A stretch of DNA of 64,000 nucleotides from Felis catus. Taxonomy: Eukaryota. Within the stretch, counting starts at the first letter, position 1. Every line of letters starts with the position of its first letter. The DNA lies in the NCBI RefSeq assembly GCF_018350175.1, contig NC_058368.1, positions 117,306,001 through 117,370,000 on the forward strand, read 5' to 3'. Position numbers and translations under genes: made by a program. Shown in pieces: positions 42,906 through 57,889 of this stretch. The notes under the pieces are model-generated. The model was given only the letters and a program-made list of their open reading frames with translations, did not search any database and was not told the DNA's origin.

Positions 42906-44297
42906 AAGAAGAAGAAAAATTAGGGATGACAAAGCAATGTGAGAAAGAATAATGAATAGTCTAAAAGCTAGCTCACCTAAATTACATGACCTTGAGCAAA
43001 TTAATACCTCCAGACCTCACCGGCCTCCTCATGTTAAGATGAGGAAGCTAGGTCAGAACATTTCTAGGGTCTCTGGAGACCTTAAAGACTGTGCTTAGTT
43101 ACTACTGCTCTTTTTGAGGGCAGCTCCATGCCTGCTACTTGCCTGATAGTACATATCCTACAGTGGCTTCTCACCACTTCTTCTTGTGGTTTCAATCACA
43201 GGAAACAGACGTCACCCATGGGCCTAGAAGTAAGTAACGAATAAGCCCTGGCGGATGCAAAGAGCTGCCAACTAAGGCCAACTCCCATCTTTCTAAAATA
43301 CAAGAATCAAGAAATCACTAGAGGCCTTTATGCCTGGGGAGCCCAACACACATCTTTCACAAAAAACTAACAAAACTAAAATTATCTCTGGAGGTCCCAT
43401 GCAAATATGATGAAATAATTTTAGAACAGTCTCAATCTACTTTGCTGCTATGGCCAAATGAAGAAACTGAAGAATAGCTATGTAGGAGTATAAGAGTGTA
43501 AGAAACAAACAAAAACAAAGCAAAACAAAACAAAACAAAAAGGTCACTAGCACTTTTTGTGAAGACTTAGACATTTCCTGAGGACTTAGAAGACTCCTCT
43601 TTGTCTTGTTTTCTTAACACTCTGTGTAAACCTTTCTGTAGCCCTGAAAGACCATGATACTAATAGATTAAAATAATATAGGGACTTACCAATTACTTGC
43701 TTTAAATGTTATGTTAACAATCCCTATAGCACTGGGCCAAATACTACTCCCATTCATTATGATATAAGTTGGCAGCCCTGAAGTATGTAAAATAATGCAG
43801 ACATTTTTAGTCCTATAGACATGTTCCTTCATTAAACACAAAACTTGAAGATACTATATCTCTAGAGAATAATAATAAACTTTTCTCAACAGAGTTCTTC
43901 TGGTCAGGTACAGTTACATTAGAGCTTCTCTGCCTCAGTTACCTTGGTGAGAGAGGACTAAGGTTTCTGTCAATCTCCTACATTAGACCATAGAAACAGA
44001 GAACCTTGAAAATGATCCCAAGATTCCCAAGACTAACATTAAAAGTAAATACATAAAAGGATATTGCTAACATGAGTGAAATACCACCAAAGGGCTTAAG
44101 CACCTCACAAGCAAGATGGGAAATAAGATCCGCCCAAAAAGATACCTCCTTCCCTTCCTCTCTATATTATATACTATAAGATGGGGGACATGACAGGCCT
44201 TGGAAGGCCATATATATATATATGTTTATTTTCATTTACAAAAGACAAAAGAACCCTTCAAATAAGCATGCAATCAAAACCTATACTGCACTAAGGA

Positions 44298-44533
44298 ACT
44301 TTTTTTTTTTTTAAGTGTATTTATTTTTGAGAGAGCAGGAGTGGGGGGAGAGAAAGTGCACATACATGAGTCGGGGAGAGGCAGAGACAGGAGACAGAGA
44401 ATCCCAAGGAGACTCCCCACTGTCAGTGCAAAGCCTGATGTGGGGCTTGAACTCACAAACCCAATTGTGAGACCATGACCTGAGCTGAAGTCAAGAGTCA
44501 GCCGCTTAACGAACTGAGCTACCCAGGAACCCC
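44298..44533 (-). mobile_element. Can-SINE
   Basis: Consensus on minus strand. Confidence 0.85.
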
Positions 44534-45582
44534 TGTACTAGGCAACTTTTAAGAAGAAGTAGTAGGGTCTAAAGAGTTCTAATTGTTCCTACAATGGCAT
44601 TTCCTACCTGAGTCCACTATTTAGCTATACAGCTTTGAGATCCAGCTGAGAATCATATTTTTTAAACCTAGCTTTATCTCCTAAAGTCTGAAAAGATGGG
44701 TGCGTTAAAATGGACAAGGATTGTAACTCAAACAAAGTTAACTATCTAAATTCCATCGCGGTAGCAGATATGATTTGCTGGAACCTTAACACTTAATATA
44801 TTCATGTTCTTGGATATGCTGATTTCCTGTCACCATAACACATTCACATGGCCAAAAACTGCATCAACATGCATCGCGACATACAAAACACTAATTTTCA
44901 ATCCTGCCTTCTGCAGGTTTCTACAGAAAGAGAACCTATTTTATCCCTTAAAAGGAATAAAATAAACTCTATGAAGTAGTGTGCCTTTCTTAAAGGATTT
45001 ATGTCCCATATCAATACTTGACTGCTATAACTGGGCCATTTCTCTTTACCACAGACACACACTTGCACCTCTGAGCCTCTGTTCACACTGCTCCCCACAC
45101 CATGAAATCTTCTCTACCAACCCGTGTATTTCCTTCCAAGGCCTGTCATATCCCCCATCTTCTATGAAGTTAACTAACACTATCCACAATTCTATTCTGG
45201 ATCATTATAGAATTTGGGATGTAAATACAGACCTTTGAAATCTTACATGCTAACTCTCTATTATAAGAAAAGAGTAAGAAAAGTGGAATGACTTGCCCAG
45301 AGTTCACAGGGTTAATTGTGGCAAAGTCTGACTAAACAGGAATATTTGGAAAGAATACTTCGATGAGAGTGGGAGATAGGGGTTCTAGTCCTAGGTCTAG
45401 CTATAAATGTAGACAGATCATTTTTCTAGGTTCACATTTCTTAATGCATAAAATAAAGGGTTTGAATGAAATAATTTTTAGCATCCTTTTAACCTCCAGC
45501 ATTCTAAGATTCTGAAACCTAGGTCTTCTCTTAGTCCAGTAATCTTTCCACTCATTTCCTTCACTTCTCTGAAATCCCTCTT

Positions 45583-45762
45583 TTTTAAAAAATGTTTATT
45601 TATTTATTTAGAGAGGGAGAGAGAGGGAGAGAGAGAATCCCAAGCAGGGTCCACAGTGCCAACGCAGAGCCCAATGAGGCTCAAACCCATGAACTGTGAG
45701 ATCATGACCTGAGACAAAACCAAGAGCACGTGCTTAACCGAATGAGCCACCTAGGCACCCCT
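45583..45762 (-). mobile_element. Can-SINE
   Basis: Consensus on minus strand. Confidence 0.85.
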
Positions 45763-46364
45763 AAAATCCTACAGCTTTCAAACTCTTACGTTCATAGCCT
45801 CTGAGCTTTTCCTACCCATTCACCTATTAACATGACTGAGATTACAATCTATTAAAAAGCAAGGACTGAACCTGATAGGGCAACCACATGACTTGTTGAT
45901 CTTTAGCCTTTTGGATCCAGAGTAGATCCATGCGAATTCAAACAAATAAGAGAAACTCTATTCTCTACTCTTTGCCAGCAGTCATACAGAAAATCCTAGT
46001 TCCAGGTACCTGCATCTTGGTGGCGATGTTTTAATTATTAACCACAGGCAAATAACTGCCAGGTCTAAAGAACAAACATCAGCAGGCCCCAGACTCTCAG
46101 AAGAGATCCTGGAGATATTAACCATTCGCAATCCTTACAGTCAAGTTTCAGGGCTACAGAGAAAGGATTTTAAGAATACTACATGCTTATTCTAAAATAT
46201 AGAAAAGGTAACTATGGGAAGCAGTCTAGCAACAGCTTCCTCCTTCCCATTTGTCACCACTACTTGCTGCTTTAATCAATTTAAACAACTCATACAACTG
46301 ATAGCTGATGCTGTTAGAGCTAATTCATTTACACAGAAGGTTGCCTTTAAAAATAACAACTGGT

Positions 46365-46600
46365 GGGGTGCCTGGGTCGCTCAGTAGGTTAAGTGTCCGA
46401 CTTCAGCTCAGGTCATGATCTCACAGATTATGAGTTCGAGCCCCATGTCCGGCTCTGTGCTGACAGCTCAGAGCCTGGAGCCTGCTTCAGATTCTGTATC
46501 TCCCTCTCTCTCTGCCCCTCACCTGCTTGCTTGCTTGCTCACTCTTTCTCTCTCTCTCTCAAAAATAAATAAAACATTTAAAAAAATTAAAATAAAAAAA
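46365..46600 (+). mobile_element. Can-SINE
   Basis: Full consensus. Confidence 0.9.
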
Positions 46601-47599
46601 TAATACCTGGCAACTTCTTAGTAACTCATGAGCCAGAGGAAAGATTGGTTGTGATGCACTGAAATAGCTACTTCTTCATGTCTAACAAAGGTTTAATTGT
46701 AATTCTTGCAATGATTTCAAAGTTTAAATCATTAAATGCAAAAAGCAGTTAGCCATTTAGCCACTGCACTTGGTCCATCTAGACCCAGTACTTCTTTCCC
46801 ACCAAATGAACTGGAGGAGAGCCCAGTTTTAATAGACTACAGTCATCAAATGACTAAAGAGATGCCACCAACATTTTCTAGTAAATTCCTAGCAGTTAAT
46901 ACTCTTTTATACTAAAGGTGCAAAAACTGGACACTTGTAAAATGTCAGCACAAAATGGTGAATAAATTTTTTTTTAATAAGCCAGACCTCAGTCTGAATC
47001 CTAGTTTTTCAAGCTAAAGCAGGTTTCTTGATCTGAGTCTGTTTAATTACCTATAAAATTGGAATAACAACAGTACTTATTTTATAAGATTGAGTTAGAG
47101 ATTAATGAGATAACGAATCTAAAGCTCTTTAGCACAGTGCTAGGGGTGTATAAGTATGCAACAAACCTTATTACTACCGCTACTGTTGTTGTTACTATTA
47201 CTCCCTGTCCTTCCAGTCTGGAATGAATTCATCTTCCTACTATCAAGATGAACAGTGGAGCGCCTGGCTGGCTCAGTCGGAAGAGCATCTGACTCTTCAT
47301 CTTGGGGTCGTGAGTTTGAGCCCCATGTTGTGTGTAAAGATTACTTAAATGAACAAATAAATTAAAACTTAAAAAAAAAAAGATGCTAAACATTCTTTAA
47401 TATTTTTAGATAGAAGAATGGCACTATACACCCTGTAGCACAGGACATACAGGAGAACAAAAGCTTTCTACCACCACATATTAAGATGAAAATGACTCCA
47501 GGATAAATGGACTCTCAAAGGTCCCCAATCTTGAGTATCAGAAAGGTTCTGTCTTTGCCTACAAGTGAAAATATACCCCCCAAAAGCATGAGCAGGATA

Positions 47600-48505
47600 T
47601 AATTAACATACCCACAGAGGAAAAGAGAACTTAAGAGCTACATCTATAAAATTTTTAAAAGAAAACAAGAAGAAAATCTTATGGGCTGTGATTTTAGCAC
47701 AGATTTTTGAAATGACACAAAAAGCAAAAAGTTAAAAATTGGACTTCATCAAAGTTAAATACTTTTGTTTTTCATACCACAGTGTTAAAAAAAAATGAAA
47801 AGGCAAATCATAGGAGAAAGATGTATCTGCAAAACACATATCCAACAAATTACTTGCATATAGACTATAATAATAAAAAATTTTAGGGAGAGCTGGGTGG
47901 CTCAGTCAGGTGTGCGTCTGACTTTGGCTCAGGTCATGAACTTACGGTTCATGGGTTCAAGCCCACATTGGGCTTTCTGCTGTTAACATGGACCCTGCTT
48001 CCAATCCTGTCTCTCTGTCCCTCCCCACTTGCACTCTCTCTCTTTCTCTAAAATAAACATTAAAAAAAATTTTTTTTAATGGGAAAAAATTCGAACAGAT
48101 ACTTCAGTGAAGATACATAAATAGCAAATAAATAGTTGAAAAGATGCTCAACATCATTACACAAATGCAAATTAAAGTCACAATGAAGTACCATCACATA
48201 CTCACTGAAATGGCTAATTTAACACTGATCATACCAAGTGTCAGCAAGGAACTAGAACTCCTATATTGCTTGTGGGGATGTAAAATGGTACACTCACTTT
48301 GGAAAACAGTTTGGTGCTTTTTTAAAAAGTCAAACATAGGGGTGCCAGGGAGGATCAGCTAGGTAAGCATTCAACCAGCTCAGGTCGTGATCTCACGGTT
48401 TGTACGTTGTAGCCCTGCATCGGGCTCTCTGCAGTTAGCATGGAACCAGCTCCAGATCCTCTGTTCCCACCTCCCCTCAAAAATAAATAAACTTAAAAAA
48501 AAATT
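47600..48505 (+). mobile_element. Old L1 ORF2/3' fragment interrupted by two Can-SINEs (about 47886-48070 and 48339-48505)
   Basis: L1 motifs (aaattggacttcatcaaa, aaatgcaaattaaa, tttggaaaacagtttgg) split by SINE consensus. Confidence 0.7.
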
Positions 48506-51500
48506 AAACATAAGGCAGCTTTTTCTGAGATGTAAGCTCAATACCAAGGTATACTCCTTGGTCTTCTGTGACCTGCAGGATCAAAGACAGTTTATAAATT
48601 ATCTTCTGTTGGATCCTTAAAGCATGTTAAATCTTAGAAGAAAATGCAAACTCTATGCTTTCACACAGCAGTATTTCTAAAACAGGGAATAAATCACAGA
48701 ATCAAAAATCCAGAACACCATCAATTCTACCTCTACCTACTACCTTAAAATGTCAACTTCGCTACCACCTAGACTAAGGACCACTTAACCACCACCAAGG
48801 ATGGAATATCCCATCTTCCATATAAGAATGCTTCCACGTAAGAATGCCAGGTGTTTCTCTTAATTCAGCTCCGTTATACTTATTCTCCTTTGTGTCTCCT
48901 TATCTGTTCCATCCCCATTCTCAGAGTAAAGACATTTAAGCAAATATTTATAGGACAAATTGAAACTATGATTGTCAGAGAGCCAGGCAACACACAGCAG
49001 TTTCTTCAATCTTTTCCCTCTCAGTTACAGAGCTTCTAGTATATCCGTTCCCTTTATAAAATCTTTCTACTACTCTAGCTATTCCAAGATCCTGAAATTT
49101 ACTAAAGGATACGTAGAATCCAAAATTTGTGCTTCTTCTGCATTCATTTATCCAACATCCACCCCATGGTCCCCCCATGTTTCCAAACTTCAAATGTAAG
49201 AAGAGACTACTGCACTGAGTGGGTGTTTGGGCTTGATGACATTTAAAGTCCCTTCCAATACTAAAGTTTTGAAGCTACCCTTCATAGCAAGTTTTAATAA
49301 TGAATGGAAGAATCTCAGAGCTGAAACAGCAATGATACACCTAGTTATCCTGTAATAGGTGGTAAAATTCATTGAAACACTGGTCCTAATACTTCTCTTT
49401 TCCAGTAATTCTTTGACTTTATTAAAAAGGGTTCCTTGGTTCTAATAGAATGTTTGGAGGGGGTTGTGGGGGGAAGGAAGGAAGGGAGAAAGAAAGAAGA
49501 GAGGAAGGAAAAAGAGAGGTGTAAAATGAAGTAAAATATGTTCCCAGTGTCTAAACATTCTTTCTTTTTCAATTTTAGCTTTGAAGCTTTATGAAATTTT
49601 AGTATTAACAGCTTTTACCGCTCCTGATTCATCAAAAGCCTGGCTGCCCAGGGAACTGGGCCCTGCCCCTACAGAAGCAGATAAGGAATAAAAACAAAGA
49701 AGAAGGGGAGGATATTAACTGGGCAAGGGGAGAGGAGGCTTGCCTTTGTCTTCCTTAACCCTAACTAGGGGCAAATACTCAAGGCTGCTTTGCTCATTAG
49801 CAAGAGGTAAATTCTTTCCTAAGGCTTTCAAACAAAAGTGAGTAAGAGGAAGGGCAACAAAATAAAGAAAAACACTTAAGTAATACAATACGTAGCTTGT
49901 TTCAAATAGGAATGCTTTTTGTAGTCATGAATGATTTCAAATGAGACATAAAATGGGAAAAACATACTATCTGAACACACAAACCTTTTCTCTACAATTA
50001 CTACTATTTCTTGGTAATAAACATGATTTTAACCTGTTCTTCTAAATCTTATGTGGTATAACCTTATCTTGTAAACCTCCATTACATTTCACTGAAAATG
50101 TTAATACTCTCCAAGAATAACTTGGCAATCCATTTATAAAATGGAGAGCCCCATGGGATAGCAAAAGGTTATTCTACCATACAGGAAATAAAATTAGTCT
50201 ATTCTGACCCATATGCGCATCAACAAACTTAAATCATTTCTCACTTATAACTATTTTCTTAGGTTTTATAATAAATATAATTTACATGTCATAAAATTTT
50301 CAGTTTTTTTTTTTTAATAAAAGTATCCGAACATTTACCAACTCTCTCAAGGCAGAGATTTTAATTCTGAGGGATTCCCTCGGTCTGACCTCTTGTCAGG
50401 GAGGATTTCCTTTGAGACAAGTAAATGTAACATGATCAAGTGGATCCTTGGGCTACCTCTTTAAAAACAAGGCAGGAAAAAGGGCAGCAATTTTTAAGGT
50501 ATCATTCTGTCATCTCAAACATCTCACAAACATTCCTGTAGGCTCTCTTTCCAAAATAAGTAATCCCTTTGTTTATCATCTTTAAAAAAAAAAAAAAAAA
50601 TCACATGACTTTAGTATAAAGCTCTCCGTTTTCTGCAACTTTCTGGATCAAAGTTAATGTCTTAATAAGACAGAAGCAGATATTTGCATAAACAACTCCA
50701 CTTCTTTCATATTCTCTATCTTCCCTACTATCTAAAATTCTGCCTGGCATCCTTTACCTTTGACTGCTCTCCTTATGGACGGACGGACAGGGGTCTACAA
50801 CCAAACATTTATACTTTCACTATCACTTTGTTTTTCACAAGGCATGAAACTCGCTTGGTGAAATTCAATACATTGACATCTAATATTAAACAAGATTTTA
50901 AAAATTATGTATCTTCTCTCTAATCCCAAGCTAAAACTCACATTTTACAGACTTACGCCTCTAGGTGAATCAGGAAGTAATATTCCTTCTTAGAATGCAT
51001 CAACTTCTTGATTGTATAAAACATGGTGTTTATAAAATGCAGGAATACTCTGCAGCCTCCAACACCCTGGTTGTAATTACTACCTTTACACATATTTCAG
51101 CCAGCAGTTTATTTGACACCCAAATTCATCACTGCTGAAAAATCAGAAAACATTCTGTTCATTTTGAATTTTTATTTTCCTTCATCCTAAAGACCTCTGC
51201 AAGGAACTGCAACAATGCTGGAGAAAGGATATGCTTATGGCCCAGGAGGAGAAAGATTCATGAAGAATCAGGAAATACCAGGCAGCCCAGCTTCAGCCAC
51301 AAGTATCAGCATCTCTAACAACCCAATGTTTTTAAAAGGTGATTCCCAACCACTTTTTAAACTTCAACTCCATCTGCTTTCCACCCAAGATGTCTCAGAG
51401 GTTAAGAGTATCTTTGCCAATATGTAAGCTCTGCCTTCCATTCACTTGATCTGTACTTAGAACCTGCATAAGCCTGGAAAGGTATGCAGCAGCTTAAAGA

Positions 51501-51579
51501 GATGAGAAACTCCTCAAATGCAAACAAATAACCTTCAGGCACACTAAGTCCAAACCAGTGGAGCTTTATAAAGTACATT

Positions 51580-51894
51580 CTTTTTTTTTTTTTTTTTTTT
51601 TTAATGTTTATTTTTGAAGGAGAGAGAGAGAGCGCATGAGCAGAGAGAGGGGCAGAGAGAAAGGGAGACACCGAATCCAAAGCAGGCTCCTGGCTCTGAG
51701 CTGTCAGCACAGAGCCTGACACGGGGCTCAAACCCACAGACAGGGAGATCAGGATCTGAGCCGAAGTTGGATGCCCAACCGACTGAGCCAACCAGGTGCC
51801 CTTTTTTAAATTATTATTATTTTTTAATGTTTATGTATTTTTGAAGGAGAGAGAGAGCACACAAGCAGGGAGAGGGGCAGAGAGAAAGGGAGAC
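51580..51894 (-). mobile_element. Composite: full Can-SINE plus 5'-truncated Can-SINE within one TSD
   Basis: ttataaagtacattctt flanks both units (near 51566 and 51895). Confidence 0.85.
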
Positions 51895-52266
51895 TTATAA
51901 AGTACATTCTTAATGGGATTCCAGAGAACACACACTCTAGCAAAGGTGGAGCAGGCAAAACAGTTCTTTTAGCTTGTAGTTCAAAAAACTAAGCCACGGG
52001 TAACAAAAGCACACCAGCAATTTTTCCCCCTCCACGCACCCACATATACACACAGACACAAAGACAAGTGGATTGCAATGCCCCTCCTGGTCTCTCACTG
52101 TCAAAGAGTTCTCATAAAAAGAACAATGAGAGAATATTCTGATGCCTTGAGGTAAGTTACAGTTGGCAAGAAAGGGGTTAAGTAGCACTACTTTTCTGGA
52201 AACTTTCCAATCCCCTAGCTCTGAATGCAATTCTACTCACTACCAGTGCTACACATTTTTTTTCTG

Positions 52267-52298
<32 letters not shown>

Positions 52299-53915
52299 AA
52301 ACATTTCAGCCAGTTAAGAGTTAACACCAACACCTCAGAAAGAAAAAGAGAACTTGGTTCGGCTCCACCCTCTGTAAAGCAAATACCAAAAACTCTGAGC
52401 CAAATCCACCCAGCATACACAAGAGTCCATGAACATTCCAAAACACAGGTGAAAAAAAGTTAAGTTTCCTCAGGTATCTCAACTTCAATTCCCTTCACTT
52501 GTGAAACACGCAGGTATTAGGTAAAACAAAAGCACAAACAAAATTCTATTTAAGGACCTGAAAAACATTACAAGCCACAGAGTTCAATACATCAGCAGGA
52601 ATAGCTAGAATGTGGGTGAGGAAGGTCAAACAGTACCCATGGAAACAAGAGCAAAACAACAATAACAGATATATGTATGTTTATAATAAAAAAGGATTAT
52701 AAGCCCCAGAATTTAATTCTTAGAAGGAAAGCTCTCTAACTAGAGTGTCAGTTACTATCCTAAACAAACATAAGGAAATGTTTCTTTAATCACGAGGGGG
52801 AGGGTCCTCACTACCATTAATTCTACATTTCTGGAAAAACAGATGTTCACCAGATTAAAAAAATAAATTAAAAAAAAAAAAAAAAAGAAGGCAGTTACTG
52901 ACAGCCCATAAGTCACTGGAAAGGACAGTCCAGAAGCACCTGCCTTGCTAGAAATAGGTAGGAAGAGATGAGTCACTATTTTAATTCTGCTTAGAACTCT
53001 CCACATCTCAATCCTCTAGGTCCCAAAGCAACATTTTCTCCTGTTTCCATCATTTTATCAGTTTTCTTCCCAACTTTGTGGGTTTGGATCAGAATACTAA
53101 AGGTTGGGGATAAAGGAGCAAAGAGTCAGAATCCATTTGGTTACTAGAAAGAGATACCGTGGTGGAGGCATAATCACCTGGAAGAAAAGACTAATAACTA
53201 CAATCACAACTAGCAAACGATTATTAAGATCCAAGACTATTTCCCTCTCTTGGATAGTGTCCCATATCTTTCAAAGCTTTTACAGTAAAAAGCAAACAAA
53301 TAGCTCCCTGGAGAGAGGAGTAAACAAGATTTAATGTGGGCAAAGGTAATGAAATATGATAGTGATACATGAATATCAGTATTCCTTCTAACTCAGATTG
53401 GAAGTCACTGACACCTGGGGACAGCTATACTCTTTCTTGTACAGGTAGGAAAAGGGATGTCACTAGCCTGTCACACAGGAGGTGGCAGAAGAATTGAGAT
53501 GGTTTTCATGGGAAACATAAAAAGCGATTCAATTACTCAAACTTCTTGGACTTGCAGCCTAACTTCCTCCCTATGAGGAAGGTTTATCACCATCCTAAAT
53601 CAAGAAAGGCAGCATCATGAGAGAAGTTCTAACCCTCTGAAAAGTGATAAGCAACAGGGCAAAGAGGCAGGTTCTCGGGATGGAGAAATACTGGGAAACA
53701 AATTAACGTCATGCCCAATGACCATAGGACCTGGGCAGGAACTCATTCCTGCAATCACAAGGACAAACGTCCAGGGAAGGTAGAAGCCAAGTCAGGTAAC
53801 ATTCCAGAGGGGAAGGATTATCAGGTGACACCGGGCTGAGGGCCCAGAGCCGGGGCGAGGAGGGAGGAAAGTTAGCAGGTGAAAGGGATCAATCTTGAGA
53901 AGGAAGTGACCTTTA

Positions 53916-54713
<798 letters not shown>

Positions 54714-54860
54714 CTACCAATGGGGGAAGTGAGGGGGTGGAGGGAAGGCGCGGAAGCAAGCTACCTGCCTGGCGGACCTAACCATTCGGACTCACGTGGG
54801 GGGGGGGGGGGGGGAAATGGTGGTGAGTGGGCGGTGCAACTCTGCGGCCTCGACAGGGAA

Positions 54861-54880
54861 TAGCGCCACCTGGCGGTCGG
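54861..54880 (-). promoter_or_regulatory. CTCF motif between HDAC3 3' end and DIAPH1 promoter
   Basis: Minus strand CCGACCGCCAGGTGGCGCTA fits the CTCF core consensus. Confidence 0.72.
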
Positions 54881-56313
54881 AGCGGCGCAGGCCTCCCCGC
54901 TCCCACACTGCCCACGTGGCTGTAAAGCCTATACCCTCTCACACCCTAGACCAGGATCTTATCTAAACAAAAAATCAAATAAGAGATGTCATTTTGGCCG
55001 AAAATCCAGTGCGGGTATTTCAAAGATAATACAGTTTTTTATGTGTGCAACATCAGTGGAGCACATGAAAAAATTTGAAAGCGGCAGTATTTATTGAAAG
55101 CTATGTGCCTGGAACAGAGAGTGGTCCAGAGCAAGTGCTAGACTGGAGTTAGATCACCTAGTTTTGAATCGCAGGTCTATTTCCCAGTGGTGTTTTTTTA
55201 TTCTGAAAAACTAGTTATTGCCAACAGGTGACTACTCAGGAATAATAGTTACCATTTACCATGCACTTGCTCTAAACCAGACACTATGCAAAACTCTCCG
55301 TGTTGTTCCTCACTGAATCCTGGCATTGCCATGTGACAGACTCCATTAGTCTCACCATTTTACAGATAGAAAATTTGGGACTTCTGAGAGTTAAAGTGAC
55401 TTGCTCGAGGGCACATAAGTGATAAAAAATTTTTTTTTTAATCCAGATTAGTCTGGGAAGTCCTATGTTTGACCAGGATATCCTACTGACAAAAACCAAA
55501 CCTGAGTGAAAAGAGCAGGTGTTCTCCAAGTGTGTTCTTTGCTCATCCACCTTCATTTCTCCCTCAGTAATCTCATCCATTCTCCCAGCTACATCTGTTC
55601 CTTCTGTGAAAAATATGTGGCCCCCAGTAGGCCCTCAAAATATGGATGGAATTATCTCACCCACAGCTGACAAAAGATTTCAAATATATGTTCCTGGAGG
55701 GAACTCTGAGACCCCAGTGCTCAGTTTAGGGCATGGGATATTATTTTCTAAGCTAGAGCACCGACACAGGATCAAAGCATGGAAGGAATGATCCATCTAT
55801 CACTCTTCTTTCTCATACCGCTGTCTACATCTGCTATACCATTTACCTCACTCTTTATTGGATTATGAATGTCAGGGAAGGGTCCACATTTGTGGCTACT
55901 ACAGTATCTAGCATCATTCTTCACCAAGACAGTTAAGATAATGAGCAACCACTTGTCAGGCACCATGCTAAGCACTTGACGTTTTATCTCAGTGTATCTT
56001 CACCAACTAGCATTACCATTCCAAACATACAGGATCCAAAACATCAAGTCATCTTCTACTCCCTCTCTTAAGCTAGTAATTGCTCAGGTTTGTCTAACTC
56101 TTAACCAGAATGCTCTAAGAACTCCCTATATATGAGTAACATAATCCACGTAGAATTCATACACAGGGCCTAAGATAAGTGTTGAATGAATGTTAACTAT
56201 GATTTTTATTATATACATCATGACCCCCATTTCTTCTCCTTTCATACATAGGCAGCTAGCAAGAATTAAGAATATTCCCAGGAAGGCAAAAGGTACAAAA
56301 AATACCAACTTGG

Positions 56314-56319
56314 TTTATT
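56314..56319 (-). terminator. HDAC3 polyadenylation signal
   Basis: AATAAA on minus strand about 560 nt past the stop, followed by U/GU-rich GTATTTTTTGTACCTTTT. Confidence 0.8.
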
Positions 56320-56878
56320 GGATAAAAACAGTGGTAAAATGGACATAAAGCCAAAAGTTAGAAAGAGACATTTTTACATCCTCCCCGGACTCAAAACCAT
56401 ATTTCCCATCATCTGGGGTTAAGATGTTAGACAGCCAGAAACCCCTAAAATCCCTCACTCTTCACCTGCACTGAAAACAAGGCTTGCTGTAGGGGAAACC
56501 AAGAAAGGAGAAAGTCAGAGGCAACTTTACTGCCGTCTAACATCTTCATCCCTGTAAGTCTCTGGGTTGGAGGGAAGCAGGAAAGGAATAAGGGGGCCAA
56601 AGTAGCTGGGAACAGCATCTAGGGCCCATTGCCCAAGATGTCCTAGGGGAAGTTATCCTTGTCCCCATCCAATCCCTAATAAGTACCATTGTCAGGCCTT
56701 GGGAAATACAGTAAAGGGGATAGTTGGTTCAAAAACCAGGTGTGGTCTCCAAACCCTCCTCCAGCACTGGTAAAGCCCTGAAAGTGACCGTCCAGGGCTG
56801 TGGGCGCCACATCTTTTCCCTCCTGCCCAAACAAGAGGTAAAAAGGAATTCCTTGGGATAGAGCAAGCCCAGCTGCTC

Positions 56879-56977
<99 letters not shown>

Positions 56978-57889
56978 CTATTCCCCAAATTCTCATCTTC
57001 CCCCACACAGGCACCCTCTCTGGAGCAACGTCTTAGGCCCCTTTTGTCAAGGAACTACTCCTCTCCTGTTGGCAGAGACTGGTAGCGATCCATTCCATCC
57101 ATTCTTGTAGTCAACAAACATTTACTGAGGGACTACTCTATGCCAGCCACCATCATAAGCCACAGCGATACAGTAGACAATAAGTTCAGTAAAATTTCTG
57201 CCTATCCTCAAAACACTTACCAAATAAACAAGACTGACAGTAACTAACAAAGTAAGTAAATAAAGATGATAATTTACCATGGTGGAAAATGCTCTGAAAA
57301 AAAAAAAAAAAAAAGAAAAGAAAGAAAGGGATCTGAATGAGAGTGAAGGGGAGAAAAAGGGTAAACTTCAGGAAGAATTATTACAGACAGCTGTTCTAAG
57401 GTAAGACTTCAAATCCGAGAAGGAGCTAGCCAGACAAATATCTGTGGAAGCCCATTTTAAGCTGCAAGAAAACCAAGTACAGTGTTATCAGGTGGAGGCT
57501 GACTGATGTATTCCAGTAGGAGCACGGAGGCCAGGATAGTTGGGAGCAGTGTGCAGGGAGGAGAGTAGTTACAGACAAGACCATGGACATAGACAAACAC
57601 CAGCACACAGGGCTTTCTAAAGCCCTGGCCAAAGAATGGGGCATTGTTCTAAGAGCAATGGAAAGGAGAGTGATGAAAGGGATGCAAAAGCAACTCAGTG
57701 CCCAGTAAGTACTCAATACCTGTTTCTTTCTTTTTGGAAAACTACTCTCTGAGAGAATATAAGTAACTGAAAACTGAATTACCTTGCCCACACTGATAAC
57801 TGAGCAAGAAGGGAGAAAGTCGTCAAAGAGAAGCTGGAGAACAAAGTCAGGGAAAGCCCTATCTGCCTGGTAAACAATGTCTCAGTTAC

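Noticed and set aside
53475..53492. Weaker CTCF-like match ACAGGAGGTGGCAG (also near 9720 and 25645)
   Set aside because: Two or more core mismatches; expected by chance in 64 kb
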